64,000 nucleotides of DNA from Longimicrobiales bacterium. GTDB taxonomy: Bacteria; Gemmatimonadota; Gemmatimonadetes; Longimicrobiales; Gaopeijiaceae. Position 1 is the stretch's first letter. The number at the start of each line of letters is the position of its first letter. The position numbers and the translations under genes were made by a program. The stretch is taken from contig CBDFIQ010000001.1 of assembly GCA_965248195.1 (NCBI GenBank), positions 1-64,000 of the forward strand. Reading direction: 5' to 3'. The notes beneath the pieces are model-generated. The model was not told the origin of the DNA. It did no database searches and saw nothing but the letters and a program-made list of their open reading frames with translations. Positions 1-9,715 of the stretch are shown here, one piece after another.

Positions 1-893
1 AAGCGCTCGTCGCAAGCGGCCCGGACCACAGGGATCAGAACCTCCATGTACTCCGGCTCGCAGCCCGCCATCACCGCGTTGGCTGCGATCTTCTCGATCG
101 TAGCGGACCCGTAGCAGGGTGGGACCAAACCCACCACACGATCCGGTGGATGTGGGATCACCGCCAAGAAGGCGTCCACCCGCTCCGCCGTGGGCGGGAG
201 CACGGGAAGGAAGGGCGAGAAGCCGGCCCTCATGCAGTACTCGTACGGATCCTGGTCCTCAGCCAGCGTGAGCCGTGAGGCCCGCGGCGCTCGCTCGGGA
301 AGCAGATCGATCGGCTCGGGCGGTGCCTCGACAGACGCCCTCTCAGATGCCCCGCCTAACGCCTCGACCGACCCGACGGCCATGGCCGACTCGAGGTGGC
401 GGGAGGCACACCCGGGCTTCATCAGGGGAGCCCCGTCGTCGAGGTCGGCCACTGTCCGCACCGGGAGTCCGAGGTCAGAGAGCATTCTCTCCGCGGCCGA
501 GTTGAGGTCCTCCTTGTGGAAGCCCACCTCGGAAAACTCGACCTGTCCCCCTTGGCCCACGAGGAACAGCGCCGGGACGCTTGGGGGATCGTAGCTTCGA
601 GACGCATCCAGATCCACGTCCAGGAGCACCGGGAAGCTCACGTCATAAGCCTCCGCCAGCTCTCGGGATTCGGGGCCACCGTCCTGCGAGATCACGACGA
701 CCCGGTGGCCCTCGGGGCCGAGCGCCTCGGCAAGGTGCTTGAGGTATGGGACGGTGAGGCGGCAGGTGGGACAGTCGGTCTCGATGAAAGCGAGGAGGAG
801 GGGACCCTCGGCCGCCGCCTCCTCGAGTCGCCAATCGGCGCCGTCCAGCCGGGCGAGTGAGAAGTCCGGTGCCGGGTCCCCCGAAGCAAGCAT
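1..893 (-). CDS. Redoxin/TlpA-like domain (CPTC) fused to a C-terminal domain of the kind found next to UGSC-type (seleno)proteins; partial, runs off the window
   Basis: Manual translation from ATG 893: MLASGDPAPDFSL...ETDCPTCRLTVPYL...KPGCASRH...FLPVLPPTAERVDAFL...ATIEKIAANAVMAGCEPEY. Absent from the ORF track because it has no stop in the window. Confidence 0.8.
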   Translation of the reverse strand, partial: MLASGDPAPDFSLARLDGADWRLEEAAAEGPLLLAFIETDCPTCRLTVPYLKHLAEALGPEGHRVVVISQDGGPESRELAEAYDVSFPVLLDVDLDASRSYDPPSVPALFLVGQGGQVEFSEVGFHKEDLNSAAERMLSDLGLPVRTVADLDDGAPLMKPGCASRHLESAMAVGSVEALGGASERASVEAPPEPIDLLPERAPRASRLTLAEDQDPYEYCMRAGFSPFLPVLPPTAERVDAFLAVIPHPPDRVVGLVPPCYGSATIEKIAANAVMAGCEPEYMEVLIPVVRAACDER

Positions 894-895
894 GG

Positions 896-979
896 TCAGG
901 TCACGTCCGCCGCGTCAGGATCGGAAAGGAGAGCAGTGAGACGGTCGAGCGCTTCATCTAGCTCGACGGCGCTCAGCAT
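896..979 (-). CDS. Small 27-aa ORF upstream of the redoxin gene
   Basis: GAGGA RBS 5 nt before ATG 979. Reads MLSAVELDEALDRLTALLSDPDAADVT-TGA, ending 2 nt before the redoxin ATG. Confidence 0.45.
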   Translation of the reverse strand: MLSAVELDEALDRLTALLSDPDAADVT

Positions 980-1002
980 GCGAATCCTCGACACAGGTGG
1001 CC

Positions 1003-3363
1003 TCAGAGCAGCGCGTCCAGATACAGGTCGATCCGGAACTGCTTTTCGGGACCCGTGAGCCCGTGGGAAAGGTCCAAGCGGAAGAGGCCGTCGAAAACGC
1101 TTCCGCCCACCCCGACTCCGTAGAGCAGATCGTCCGCGTCGAAGTCCGTTCGGGGGCCGGCCCAGCCGACGTCGCCGAAAATGGTCATGGTGCCGATGTC
1201 GAATGTCCGGGCCAGGTCCACCCGGCCCCGAGCGAACGACGATCCCATCGTGGCCGAGGCGGGATATCCACGGAGCGTGCGGGCCCCGCCCAGGAACCAG
1301 CTGCGTTGGATGGGTGCGTCGCCCCAGGTCGTTCCACCACCCACCTCCAAGCCCAGGCGCCAGGTGGGATAGACCAGGGGTATTGCCGCCCGCAGGACGG
1401 CACTGGCCCGCGCATAGTTCGTCGCGGCGCTCTCCCCCGTAGTCCTCCAGCGAGCCCCGTGCGCGTACAGGTCGAGCCCGAGCTGGGTGCGGAACGGGTC
1501 GCCACCAAGCCACGGAGAGAGCCGAAGTTCGGCTCCACCCTCTTCCACTTCGCCGGCATCGATGTTGGGGCGGAATTGCCAGCTTCCGTTGAACACACGA
1601 AACAACGCAAAGCTGGACTCCGTCGCGACCGAGGCCTGACGCTCCGCGTACGCCCTGAACTCGAACGACTCCCGAGCCCCGACCGGCGGACGCCACGTGA
1701 AGTCCGTGCCCGTGGCCCGGAAGTATTCCCCCTCGTCTCGGCCGAAGAGGAAGGCGTACATCGAGTTGCCGAATCCCAGGTACCGGCCCCGTGGATCGGT
1801 GGCGGTGAGCTCATGGTAGACGCCCAGTGCCAGGCGCCGTCGAACGGAAGTGCGCTCGAAGTTCAACCGCGCTTTGGGGCGGAGATCGGCGAATCCAAAA
1901 AAGCCGCTGGCATCGAGCGTGTACGGCCCACCCAGACTGGCCTCGAACCGACCCCCAACAGCCGGCCCCTCCACCCGGTTGTAGCGGAGCAGATCGGGAC
2001 GGGCCCAACCCCAGTTCGCCGCCCAGGGTATGCCTTGGATCCTCGGCGCTGGCAGGGCCGCCAGGGTGCTGAAGTAGTCCTCGAGCTGATCGTCCGACGG
2101 GAATCCCGCAGCGTCCTCCCAGATCGGGGGAGGAAGATGCGGACTGGTGGCCACCATGCTCCGCACTTCCGGAACGATCATGAACTCATTTCGCTCATCC
2201 TCGAACTCTTCGAGGGCCGCCTCGTACTCGACCTCATCATCCTCGGACAACAGTTGGGCGATGAAGGCCATGGCTTCGGCGCGGCTCTCGAAGTGCCGCT
2301 CGACGAGTCCCGCCTGCTGGGCCGTCTCGGGCTGGACCAGATCGGACTGGGTGGTCACCGACTCCATCCGATACGACAGGTCCATCGAGACCGGCATCTT
2401 GAGAATCCCCGCACCCACCTCTCCCTCCATCCGCATACTCCGGAGGAGCCAGACCTCGAAGTTCCAGAGGCTATAGTCGACGGCCACCATCGTCAGGTCG
2501 AACGTCCAGGGTTTGAACAGGCCCGGCACGTACCTGAACGATCCCCTCTCCTCCTCTTCCTGGAGCTCCGCAACATCACGTATGGCATCGAATTGTCTGC
2601 TCAGCCGATAAACCGCCCGAACCAGCGCGCCGGACTCGGGCTCGATCCACAGTGTGCCGGTGATGCGGCGGGAGTCGGCTTCCCGGGGGAGCACGTCCAA
2701 CTGAATCGTCTGGAGTCGCCGTCCGTCGGGGAGGCTCAGCGTCAGCGTGTCCCCGCTCTCGTAGCGGTAAAGCGAGTCGGCGCCGTGAGCCAACGGGTGA
2801 GCGATCCAGAGGTCGTTGTCCTCCCATTCGTCTTGGTCGCCCAGCCCGAGAAGGAGGCGCTCCCCGCCCGGCTCGAACGGTTCCTCGAACGGGAGGTCGT
2901 CCAACCAGTCCAGATCACCCTCGCGCACCGCGATCGACCGGCCCGGATACTGGGAATGCGTGCCCAGAACCTGGACGACCGCGTCGTAATCTTGATCCCA
3001 GAAAGCACGCACTGCCGTCTCGTTCCGGTAGATGATCCGATCCTTGAGCGGAGTCCGAATCGCCGCGGCGATCCTCTGCTGGATGAGGGCGGTGTAACGA
3101 ACGACGGATTCGTCTACGGACGCCCAGTTCGTCTGGGCCGCTTCGAACAGGATGCCCGCCACAGGATCGACGAACGCATCCGATACGGTTTGCGCCGAGC
3201 GGCTTTGCGCCGAGTAGGTTTGAGCCGGGGCGATCTGCGCAGAGGCGCTTTGCGGCTGAGCAGTCTGCCCCGTGGCAGCCTGCCCCCTAGCGATTTCGAC
3301 TCCGAGAGCGAAGGTGGCGAGAACCCACGCTCCGAAACACACCATCGCGAGCGGCCGTGTCAT
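1003..3363 (-). CDS. Outer-membrane beta-barrel protein (Omp85/ShlB-like C-terminus)
   Basis: Signal peptide, alternating beta-strand pattern, LRGY motif, C-terminal FRIDLYLDALL. Confidence 0.65.
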   Translation of the reverse strand: MTRPLAMVCFGAWVLATFALGVEIARGQAATGQTAQPQSASAQIAPAQTYSAQSRSAQTVSDAFVDPVAGILFEAAQTNWASVDESVVRYTALIQQRIAAAIRTPLKDRIIYRNETAVRAFWDQDYDAVVQVLGTHSQYPGRSIAVREGDLDWLDDLPFEEPFEPGGERLLLGLGDQDEWEDNDLWIAHPLAHGADSLYRYESGDTLTLSLPDGRRLQTIQLDVLPREADSRRITGTLWIEPESGALVRAVYRLSRQFDAIRDVAELQEEEERGSFRYVPGLFKPWTFDLTMVAVDYSLWNFEVWLLRSMRMEGEVGAGILKMPVSMDLSYRMESVTTQSDLVQPETAQQAGLVERHFESRAEAMAFIAQLLSEDDEVEYEAALEEFEDERNEFMIVPEVRSMVATSPHLPPPIWEDAAGFPSDDQLEDYFSTLAALPAPRIQGIPWAANWGWARPDLLRYNRVEGPAVGGRFEASLGGPYTLDASGFFGFADLRPKARLNFERTSVRRRLALGVYHELTATDPRGRYLGFGNSMYAFLFGRDEGEYFRATGTDFTWRPPVGARESFEFRAYAERQASVATESSFALFRVFNGSWQFRPNIDAGEVEEGGAELRLSPWLGGDPFRTQLGLDLYAHGARWRTTGESAATNYARASAVLRAAIPLVYPTWRLGLEVGGGTTWGDAPIQRSWFLGGARTLRGYPASATMGSSFARGRVDLARTFDIGTMTIFGDVGWAGPRTDFDADDLLYGVGVGGSVFDGLFRLDLSHGLTGPEKQFRIDLYLDALL

Positions 3364-3372
3364 TGCCCCTCC

Positions 3373-4722
3373 CTACTCCTGCCCACCACTACGGGCCGTC
3401 GCATCGGTCCGGAAGCGGATCTCCCGGAACTCGTCCCAGGTGACCACACGCCACCGGGATGGGTTGGCGCTGCCGTTGGCTGTGCTTGTGCCGCTATCAT
3501 CCAGCGGGGCGATGAGGATCCCCTTGTTGTCCCAGTCGACGTCATTGGAGTCGTCCAGCGGGGAGGTGCGTCCGTCCAGCTCGAGAGTGCGTCCGTCCAA
3601 CCCGAAGGTGCGTCCGTCCAGAAGAGTCACCGTGGCCCCGAAGGCTTCCCCCCGTTCGATCCGGCTCACGTTGCCGAGCTCGATGGTGAAGTCCACGTCG
3701 TCCGCACGACCGTTCAGCATCTCCCACGACGCTGCTTCGTCCGCGTCCCAACGAATCAGGCCGTCGATCTCCTCCCCCGACTGCGTGACCACGGTACCGA
3801 CCAAGAGCCGGCCTCCATCGAAGGCGTCGTAGCCAACGACCTGTTCCGGCTCATGGAGTCGCAACATCCGGAACTCAGACCACTCGACCTCCACCCTGCC
3901 AAGCCCCATGTCCGAAATCTGAATGCCCCGGTTTCGGCGGCCCACGTCCCTCGTGCCCGTGAGGTCCCGCTCGACTCCATTGACCAGCACGATCCGAGCT
4001 CCGCCCGGGACCCGGGCGATCGACGCGATCTCGTCGAAGCGAATCTGCCGCTCGTCGCCGCCATCCACGTCTTCCCCTTCCAGCACATCAGACGTCAGAA
4101 TCTCGTCCCGGTCCCATGATACGTAGCCTGTGTAACGATTGCCTTGCCGGTCCTCGACGGTTCCGTGAAGCCGGCGGGCGGAGCCCCTGGCCCCGGATGG
4201 CACGGCGGAGAAGTGGATCTGGTCGAATTCGCTCCGGTCCAGCTCTACCCGGCCCCGCCCGGCAACGTCCACCGAGATTTCGCGGATCGAGCGCCGGACC
4301 GCGCCGCCCTCGAGGTCCAGCAGCTCCCCAGAGCGCAGCGCCAGCTCGACGTGGTCCCGCCCGATCACGCGGAGGGACGACAGATGGCCGAACCGGATGC
4401 CCGACGCCGAGGTCGACGGGAAGTCGGGGTCGGCCTCTTCCCACGAAATCCGGAACCCGAGCAGGTCGATGGTGCGGACGGGTGGTTCGTCGCCTCTCGA
4501 TTCGAGCCAAGCCAGGTAGTTCTCCCCAGGGACCTCCTTGGAGCCCTCCAAAATGTCCACCCAGCTGACCTGGTTCCGGTCCCAGCGGATGAACCCCTCA
4601 TGGACCTCGCCGGATGTGGTATGGACTCGGCCCCAGATTCGGTCGGCATCCTGCGCCCACACCGGACCGGAAAGGCCCAGCGCACACAACAATGCACAGC
4701 CGAACGCACGGAAATGCGCCAT
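3373..4722 (-). CDS. Secreted hypothetical protein with three repeated GxVxT...G.IRWD modules
   Basis: Signal peptide ending AQD; repeated G(F/Y/L)(I/V)xWD modules. Confidence 0.75.
   Translation of the reverse strand: MAHFRAFGCALLCALGLSGPVWAQDADRIWGRVHTTSGEVHEGFIRWDRNQVSWVDILEGSKEVPGENYLAWLESRGDEPPVRTIDLLGFRISWEEADPDFPSTSASGIRFGHLSSLRVIGRDHVELALRSGELLDLEGGAVRRSIREISVDVAGRGRVELDRSEFDQIHFSAVPSGARGSARRLHGTVEDRQGNRYTGYVSWDRDEILTSDVLEGEDVDGGDERQIRFDEIASIARVPGGARIVLVNGVERDLTGTRDVGRRNRGIQISDMGLGRVEVEWSEFRMLRLHEPEQVVGYDAFDGGRLLVGTVVTQSGEEIDGLIRWDADEAASWEMLNGRADDVDFTIELGNVSRIERGEAFGATVTLLDGRTFGLDGRTLELDGRTSPLDDSNDVDWDNKGILIAPLDDSGTSTANGSANPSRWRVVTWDEFREIRFRTDATARSGGQE
3563..3622. repeat. Three copies of a 21-bp in-frame tandem repeat (LDGRTxx)
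   Basis: GTGCGTCCGTCCA recurs with a 21-nt period. Confidence 0.85.
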
Positions 4723-5028
4723 GTATTTTCCTTCTGGAGAGCCGGGCCTGGGACGCGACTCATCCTACGGCGCCGCCGGAGGAAGGTTTCAGACCCTCCT
4801 CGACCTCGAAACCGGATCGGGCTGCCGGTCAACCTGGGGGAATCGGTTCAACCGGCCGACGCATTCGTCCACGACATCATCGGGCATGGGATCGCCGCGC
4901 AGGCGGTCTACGGCCCATCCCTGAACCCCGGCGCCACAAGGGCAGACTTTGTGGCGGCCGGCTTGATCGATCCCTAGTCCACCCGGCCGGGCTCCCGGCC
5001 AGGGCCCCTGAGGGACTCGAACCCCGGG

Positions 5029-6675
5029 CTAGTCCCTCAGTCCGAATGTGTAGAGGACGTTGCCCGCGGCGACCGCCACGTATTGTTTGCCGTCGATCAT
5101 GTAGCTCATCGGTGCGGCGTGGACTCGCGAGCCGACGTTGATATGCCAGAGCTCTTCTCCGGTCTCGGCGTCCAGCGCGAAGAAGAAGCCGTCGATCGTT
5201 CCACTGAAGACGAGGTCGCCCGCGGTAGAGAGCACCCCCGCGGTGGATCTCGCCTTCACTTCATACTCCCATACCCGCTCGGCGGTCTGCGGCGAGATGG
5301 CTCGCACGGCACTCACGTAGTGGTCCTGCGGGAGGGGTGTCTGTCCACCGCCGCCGCGGAACGGCTCGCCCGCCACGTATTCGTCGTCGCGAATGAAGTA
5401 GGTGGTCTCGCCGTCGTACGCCATGACGTAGAGGAGATCGGTGCGGGGGCTGTAGCTCGGAGACCACCAGTTCGATCCACCTCCGATAGACGGCGAGACG
5501 GTGGTCCCTTCCACGCTCGGGAACGTATTCGGAATGCGGATCGGTCGACCCGTTGCGTCGAGACCCTCCGCCCACGTTTGCCTTGCATAGGGCTCGCCGA
5601 GCAGGAATTCTCCAGTCTCACGGTCGAGCACATAAAAGAAGGCGTTCCGATTCGGAAATAACATCAGCTTACGCTGCCGCCCGCCGAACTCGGAATCGGC
5701 CAGGATCGGAATCTGCGTGCTGTCCCAGTCATGAACGTCATGTGGCGTGAACTGGAAATACCACACCATCTCACCGTTGTCCGGGTTGATCGCCAGCACG
5801 GCGTCGGAGTACAGGTTGTCACCCATCCTGACGTCGCCGTTCCAGTCTGGGCCGGGATTGCCCGTGCCCCAATAGACCAGATTCAACTCAGGATCGTACG
5901 AGCCGGTCATCCAGCTCGATGAGCCTCCCGTGCGCCAGGAGTTACCCGCCCACGTCACGTTGTCGGGATGGTCCGGGCCTGGGATCGTGTAGAGTCGCCA
6001 CGCGAGTTCCCCTGTCCCTGCCTCATACGCGTCGACGAACCCGCGTATCCCGTATTCTCCACCGCCGACCCCGGTCATGATCTTGTCCCCGACGATGAGT
6101 GGCGCGCCGGTGATGCTGTAGCCCGTTCCCTCGTCGGCTACTTCCGTATCCCAGAGAACGCTGCCGGTCTTCGCATCGAGGGCGACGATGTGCGCGTCCA
6201 GCGTGGTCATGTACAGGCGGTCACCCAGGACCGCGACGCCACGGTTGTTCCGACCGCAGCAGAAATTCATCTCCTCGGGCAGCTCGTGGTTGTAGCGCCA
6301 GTACTGACTGCCGGTGCGTGCATCGAGCGCGATGACGTTGCTCGGCGATTCGGTCACGTACATCACACCGTCGACGACGAGGGGTGTCGTCTCGGCCCGG
6401 TCCAATGCCTCCAGCTGGAACGCCCACAGCATCTCGAGCTGCCCCGCGTTCTCCTTGTCGATCTGGCTCAGCCTACTGTACCGCTGAGCGAAGTAGTTGC
6501 CCGAGTACATGAGCCAGTTCTCCGGCTCCGCGTCGGAATTGAGCAGGCGTTCGTGTGTTACAGGGACGAACGACGGGGCGGGCGTGATCGTCGCTCGGTC
6601 TCCGGACCGTTGCTGCGCGGCCGATGCCGGGATCGCGAATAACAACAGGGTGAAAAGCGCATACCGTTTCATCAT
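5029..6675 (-). CDS. PQQ-dependent dehydrogenase, methanol/ethanol family
   Basis: Signal peptide, vicinal CC (FCCGRNNRG), GGGEYG, GTGNPGP, HDWD and W-docking repeats. Confidence 0.92.
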   Translation of the reverse strand: MMKRYALFTLLLFAIPASAAQQRSGDRATITPAPSFVPVTHERLLNSDAEPENWLMYSGNYFAQRYSRLSQIDKENAGQLEMLWAFQLEALDRAETTPLVVDGVMYVTESPSNVIALDARTGSQYWRYNHELPEEMNFCCGRNNRGVAVLGDRLYMTTLDAHIVALDAKTGSVLWDTEVADEGTGYSITGAPLIVGDKIMTGVGGGEYGIRGFVDAYEAGTGELAWRLYTIPGPDHPDNVTWAGNSWRTGGSSSWMTGSYDPELNLVYWGTGNPGPDWNGDVRMGDNLYSDAVLAINPDNGEMVWYFQFTPHDVHDWDSTQIPILADSEFGGRQRKLMLFPNRNAFFYVLDRETGEFLLGEPYARQTWAEGLDATGRPIRIPNTFPSVEGTTVSPSIGGGSNWWSPSYSPRTDLLYVMAYDGETTYFIRDDEYVAGEPFRGGGGQTPLPQDHYVSAVRAISPQTAERVWEYEVKARSTAGVLSTAGDLVFSGTIDGFFFALDAETGEELWHINVGSRVHAAPMSYMIDGKQYVAVAAGNVLYTFGLRD

Positions 6676-6763
6676 CTCGCTCCCTCTTTTCGTTCAAAGC
6701 ATTCGCGAACAGGACGGGGGCGCTGAACGACGTCAGCGCATGGGGATGCCATCGGATTGGCGA

Positions 6764-7567
6764 TCACGGGTCTCCCCGGGTCAACCCATACAGATACGCG
6801 ACCAGATCTTCCAGCTCGCCCTCGGTCAACGTGCCCGCGTAGGCGGGCATGGACGACGTCTGTATGCGTTCGCTCTCGCGTAGGTCTCGTTTCTCGAACG
6901 ACCACAGGTTGTCCTCCGCATCGAGGATTCTGACCGAGAACGTGCCCTCGTTCATCCTCAAGCCCTCGACCCGGGTGCCGTCGAGATGTGTCACTCGCAT
7001 CGTCCACCAGCGCGGCTGCACACGTTCATCGGGATCGACCAGATCCGAGAGGAGCTCGTCGGGTGAACGGCGATCGCCGATGGTCGAAAGCTCGGGGCCC
7101 TGTCGGCCACCCTCACCGTCGATCAAATGGCAACCGCTGCAGTCGCCCCTCCCACGAAAGAGACGCTCCCCAGCCGAGGCGTTGCCAGCCACCGCAACGC
7201 GCTCGCCGCCCGACACAGAGCGGAGGTATGCCACGATCTGCCAGACGGACTGATCGGTCCGCGTCGCATTGATCCCCATCATCGCGGTGTTCGGTATGCC
7301 CTCGGAGATCAAGTTGAACAGGCCAGCGTCGGTGCTCGCGTGCTGAAAATCACCGGTCGTCAAATCCGGACCAACCTCTCCGCCCGCCCCGCCCTCGCCG
7401 TGGCAAACCGAACACTGTCTGGCGAACAACAGCTGGCCGGCTCGCACGTCCGGTACTGCGGTGAAGGGGTTCGCTCGCTCCTGCGCGGGCAGGCCACCGG
7501 CGAAGACCACCGTCAACCCGGCGATGAGGACCCCCACGGCTCCCAATGGAAGATTCTTGCGCAACAT
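6764..7567 (-). CDS. Di-heme c-type cytochrome, probable electron acceptor of the PQQ enzyme
   Basis: CSVCH and CSGCH; C-terminal SSMPAY...LEDLVAYL. Start taken at MLRKNL. Confidence 0.85.
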   Translation of the reverse strand: MLRKNLPLGAVGVLIAGLTVVFAGGLPAQERANPFTAVPDVRAGQLLFARQCSVCHGEGGAGGEVGPDLTTGDFQHASTDAGLFNLISEGIPNTAMMGINATRTDQSVWQIVAYLRSVSGGERVAVAGNASAGERLFRGRGDCSGCHLIDGEGGRQGPELSTIGDRRSPDELLSDLVDPDERVQPRWWTMRVTHLDGTRVEGLRMNEGTFSVRILDAEDNLWSFEKRDLRESERIQTSSMPAYAGTLTEGELEDLVAYLYGLTRGDP

Positions 7568-7819
7568 ACCCGATCCTCTCGGCAACGAATGACGTGCTGT
7601 CGCTTTTCCAGGGAGCATTATAGTGACTCAACTGCCGCTTCGCTTGCGCTCACCCCCGCACGCACCTCACCGGCGGACGGAGGATTGAATCGAGATCGCT
7701 CGACGACTTCCCACGTCGGGGTGCTGGACTAGGTCCCTGGTCGTGCGATATCCTTCCTCCGGAAGCGACGTACCTCTTGCACGCCCTTGTTATTCAACCT
7801 CGCCTGCCCGGAGAAATAC

Positions 7820-8290
7820 ATGTCAGAAGTCGCCTACGAATCGCGAGTCGAGATCCGACGTCTGGGAGGCCCCACGCGGTCGGCCACGCTGCCCGCGGAG
7901 AGCGAGCCCGTGCTTTTCGGTACTCACGGGGCGATCGCGGAGCATTACGGCGTCGACGTGACGAGGATCGAGCCGCATGCCACGACCATCGACTACGTCG
8001 TTGCGGCGGCAGGCGGCTGACTAACGGGCACATTTGCCGGCGCGCTGGGTGCGTGCGAGATAAAGGTCAAGCCCGAGGATCTCATCGCAGAGGTGGTTGG
8101 CGAGATCGAGAAGGAGGACGGCGTGCTCGTCATTCGGCGGATCCATGTGAATTACAAGCTGCGCGTGCCGGACCCGGATGAGGTGCGCGATACGGTGGCC
8201 CGGGTGCTGGAAATGCACGTGGACAAGTGTCCGGTAGCCAGAAGCGTCAAGGGGGCAATCGAGGTCACCACGGGGGTGGAATTCCAGTAA
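7820..8290 (+). CDS. OsmC-like selenoprotein (Sec at codon 67)
   Basis: GGAGA RBS, ATG 7820, in-frame TGA 8018-8020 in VAAAGG-U-LTGTF, then an open frame to the OsmC C-terminal KCPVARS. Hairpin downstream of the TGA. Confidence 0.85.
8040..8056 (+). promoter_or_regulatory. Putative bacterial SECIS hairpin
   Basis: GCGCGC-TGG-GTGCGT can pair (with G-U pairs); G-containing loop about 25 nt after the TGA. Confidence 0.5.
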
Positions 8291-8300
8291 CGACGGGCGA

Positions 8301-8573
8301 CTAATCGTCGTCGAGCGTCGCCACCGAAACGGAGGCGTAGCCCTCCCCATCGACTTTGACGCGCACGAGCCAGGGGCGGCAGCAGACGTCGCAGTCCTGG
8401 ACATACTCCTGGATCGCGCCGCCGACGAGATCGACCGGCAGCTCGCTCGCCTCCCCGCAATAGGGGCACGAAACCCGTGCCGTGTCGTTGAACTCGGCAC
8501 TCAGGTCGCCGTCGGGCGCATCTTGCGATTCTTGCGATTCGTGTTCGTGCGATTCGTACATGTCGAAATCCAT
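8301..8573 (-). CDS. CPXCG-motif cysteine-rich small protein
   Basis: CPYCG...QEYVQDCDVCCRPW. Confidence 0.85.
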   Translation of the reverse strand: MDFDMYESHEHESQESQDAPDGDLSAEFNDTARVSCPYCGEASELPVDLVGGAIQEYVQDCDVCCRPWLVRVKVDGEGYASVSVATLDDD

Positions 8574-8601
8574 GCCACAGGGTGCCGTCCCCTCTCGGCC
8601 C

Positions 8602-9645
8602 TTACCTCATCGGCTGAAGCGTCACCCGCTGCACCCGCCAGTTCCCTAGCTCGCCCACGAGTAACTCATTCTCCTCCCGGCAGTCAATCGCATTCACGGT
8701 ACCGAACTGCCCGATCATTTTCCCGGCCGTCCCGAATCTCCCAAGAATGGTGCCGTCGAGTGCCACCCTATAGATCTCGCCGCCCACATCCAGATTGTCG
8801 GGAGGATTCGAGTTCGACACGTACATGACCTGGTTCGGGCCCGGGGTGATGCAGATCGCCATGGGGGCGCCGAAGCCCCTCATTTCTCTCCGGAAATTTC
8901 CCCTCGTGTCGAAGACCTGGATCCGCTCATTCGCGTAGTCGGCTACGTAGATGTTGTCGTTGGCATCGATCGCGATCCCCTGGATGACATCGAACTCCCC
9001 GGGACCGGTGCCTCTTATACCCCAATTCATGGTCCACCGGCCGTTCGGCTCGTACTTCGCGATCCGAGCGTTCCGGATGCCATCGGCCACGTAGAAATTC
9101 CCCTGGGAATCCCACGCAACATCGGTGGGACCTTGGAAGGACTCCCCTTCCCGACCCTCGCCGGTGGTCCTCTCCGGCTCCCGCTCTGGCAAGCGCATCG
9201 TTTCCGGCTTCCGGCTCATGACCATCACGATCCTTCCGTCCGGATCGAACTTGATCACCTGACCGGACATCTGATCCACCGTCCAGATGTTGTCCCCGGG
9301 GTCTACGCGCACCTGTTGTGCGTAGAGAGTACCGTATGTGTTCTGTCCGATCTCGCGCTCGAACTCGCCGTCCGAGTCGAACTGAAAGAGGCGCGCGCCC
9401 CCGTGTGACACGTAACGCGAGGTACCGAGGGAAATGGTGGGGTTTCCTGTACGTGTGTAGACGAAGATTTCACCATCCGAGTTGCGCGCCACGCCCGCGG
9501 CTTCACCCATATGGATGTCATCCGGGAAGTCGCTCAAGGCGTCCTCTGCCTGGTACTGGATCTGGGGCACCTGCGCCTGCGCCGGAAACGCCCCCGCGGC
9601 GGTGAACCCAGCGACGACCAACAGGAGCTGCATCGAACGTTTCAT
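8602..9645 (-). CDS. NHL-repeat PAL-like (peptidyl-alpha-hydroxyglycine lyase family) protein with catalytic residues replaced
   Basis: Signal peptide, NHL repeats, clear paralog of the adjacent gene. Confidence 0.8.
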   Translation of the reverse strand: MKRSMQLLLVVAGFTAAGAFPAQAQVPQIQYQAEDALSDFPDDIHMGEAAGVARNSDGEIFVYTRTGNPTISLGTSRYVSHGGARLFQFDSDGEFEREIGQNTYGTLYAQQVRVDPGDNIWTVDQMSGQVIKFDPDGRIVMVMSRKPETMRLPEREPERTTGEGREGESFQGPTDVAWDSQGNFYVADGIRNARIAKYEPNGRWTMNWGIRGTGPGEFDVIQGIAIDANDNIYVADYANERIQVFDTRGNFRREMRGFGAPMAICITPGPNQVMYVSNSNPPDNLDVGGEIYRVALDGTILGRFGTAGKMIGQFGTVNAIDCREENELLVGELGNWRVQRVTLQPMR

Positions 9646-9715
9646 CTGACTCTCCTGATCGCCGTTCGCGATCTCAGTGTGGTGTTCGAGACACCGCACA
9701 AGTTGTCGCACATGA

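Noticed and set aside
692..889. Direct Sec read-through frame of the 27-aa peptide
   Set aside because: Ser/Pro/Arg-rich off-frame sequence overlapping the real redoxin frame.
997..4119. 1040-aa plus-strand ORF
   Set aside because: Antisense shadow of two well-formed minus-strand genes; no motifs; typical of high-GC DNA.
4800..4977. Protein-like tail on the plus strand
   Set aside because: No start and no recognisable family; may be a remnant but cannot be supported.
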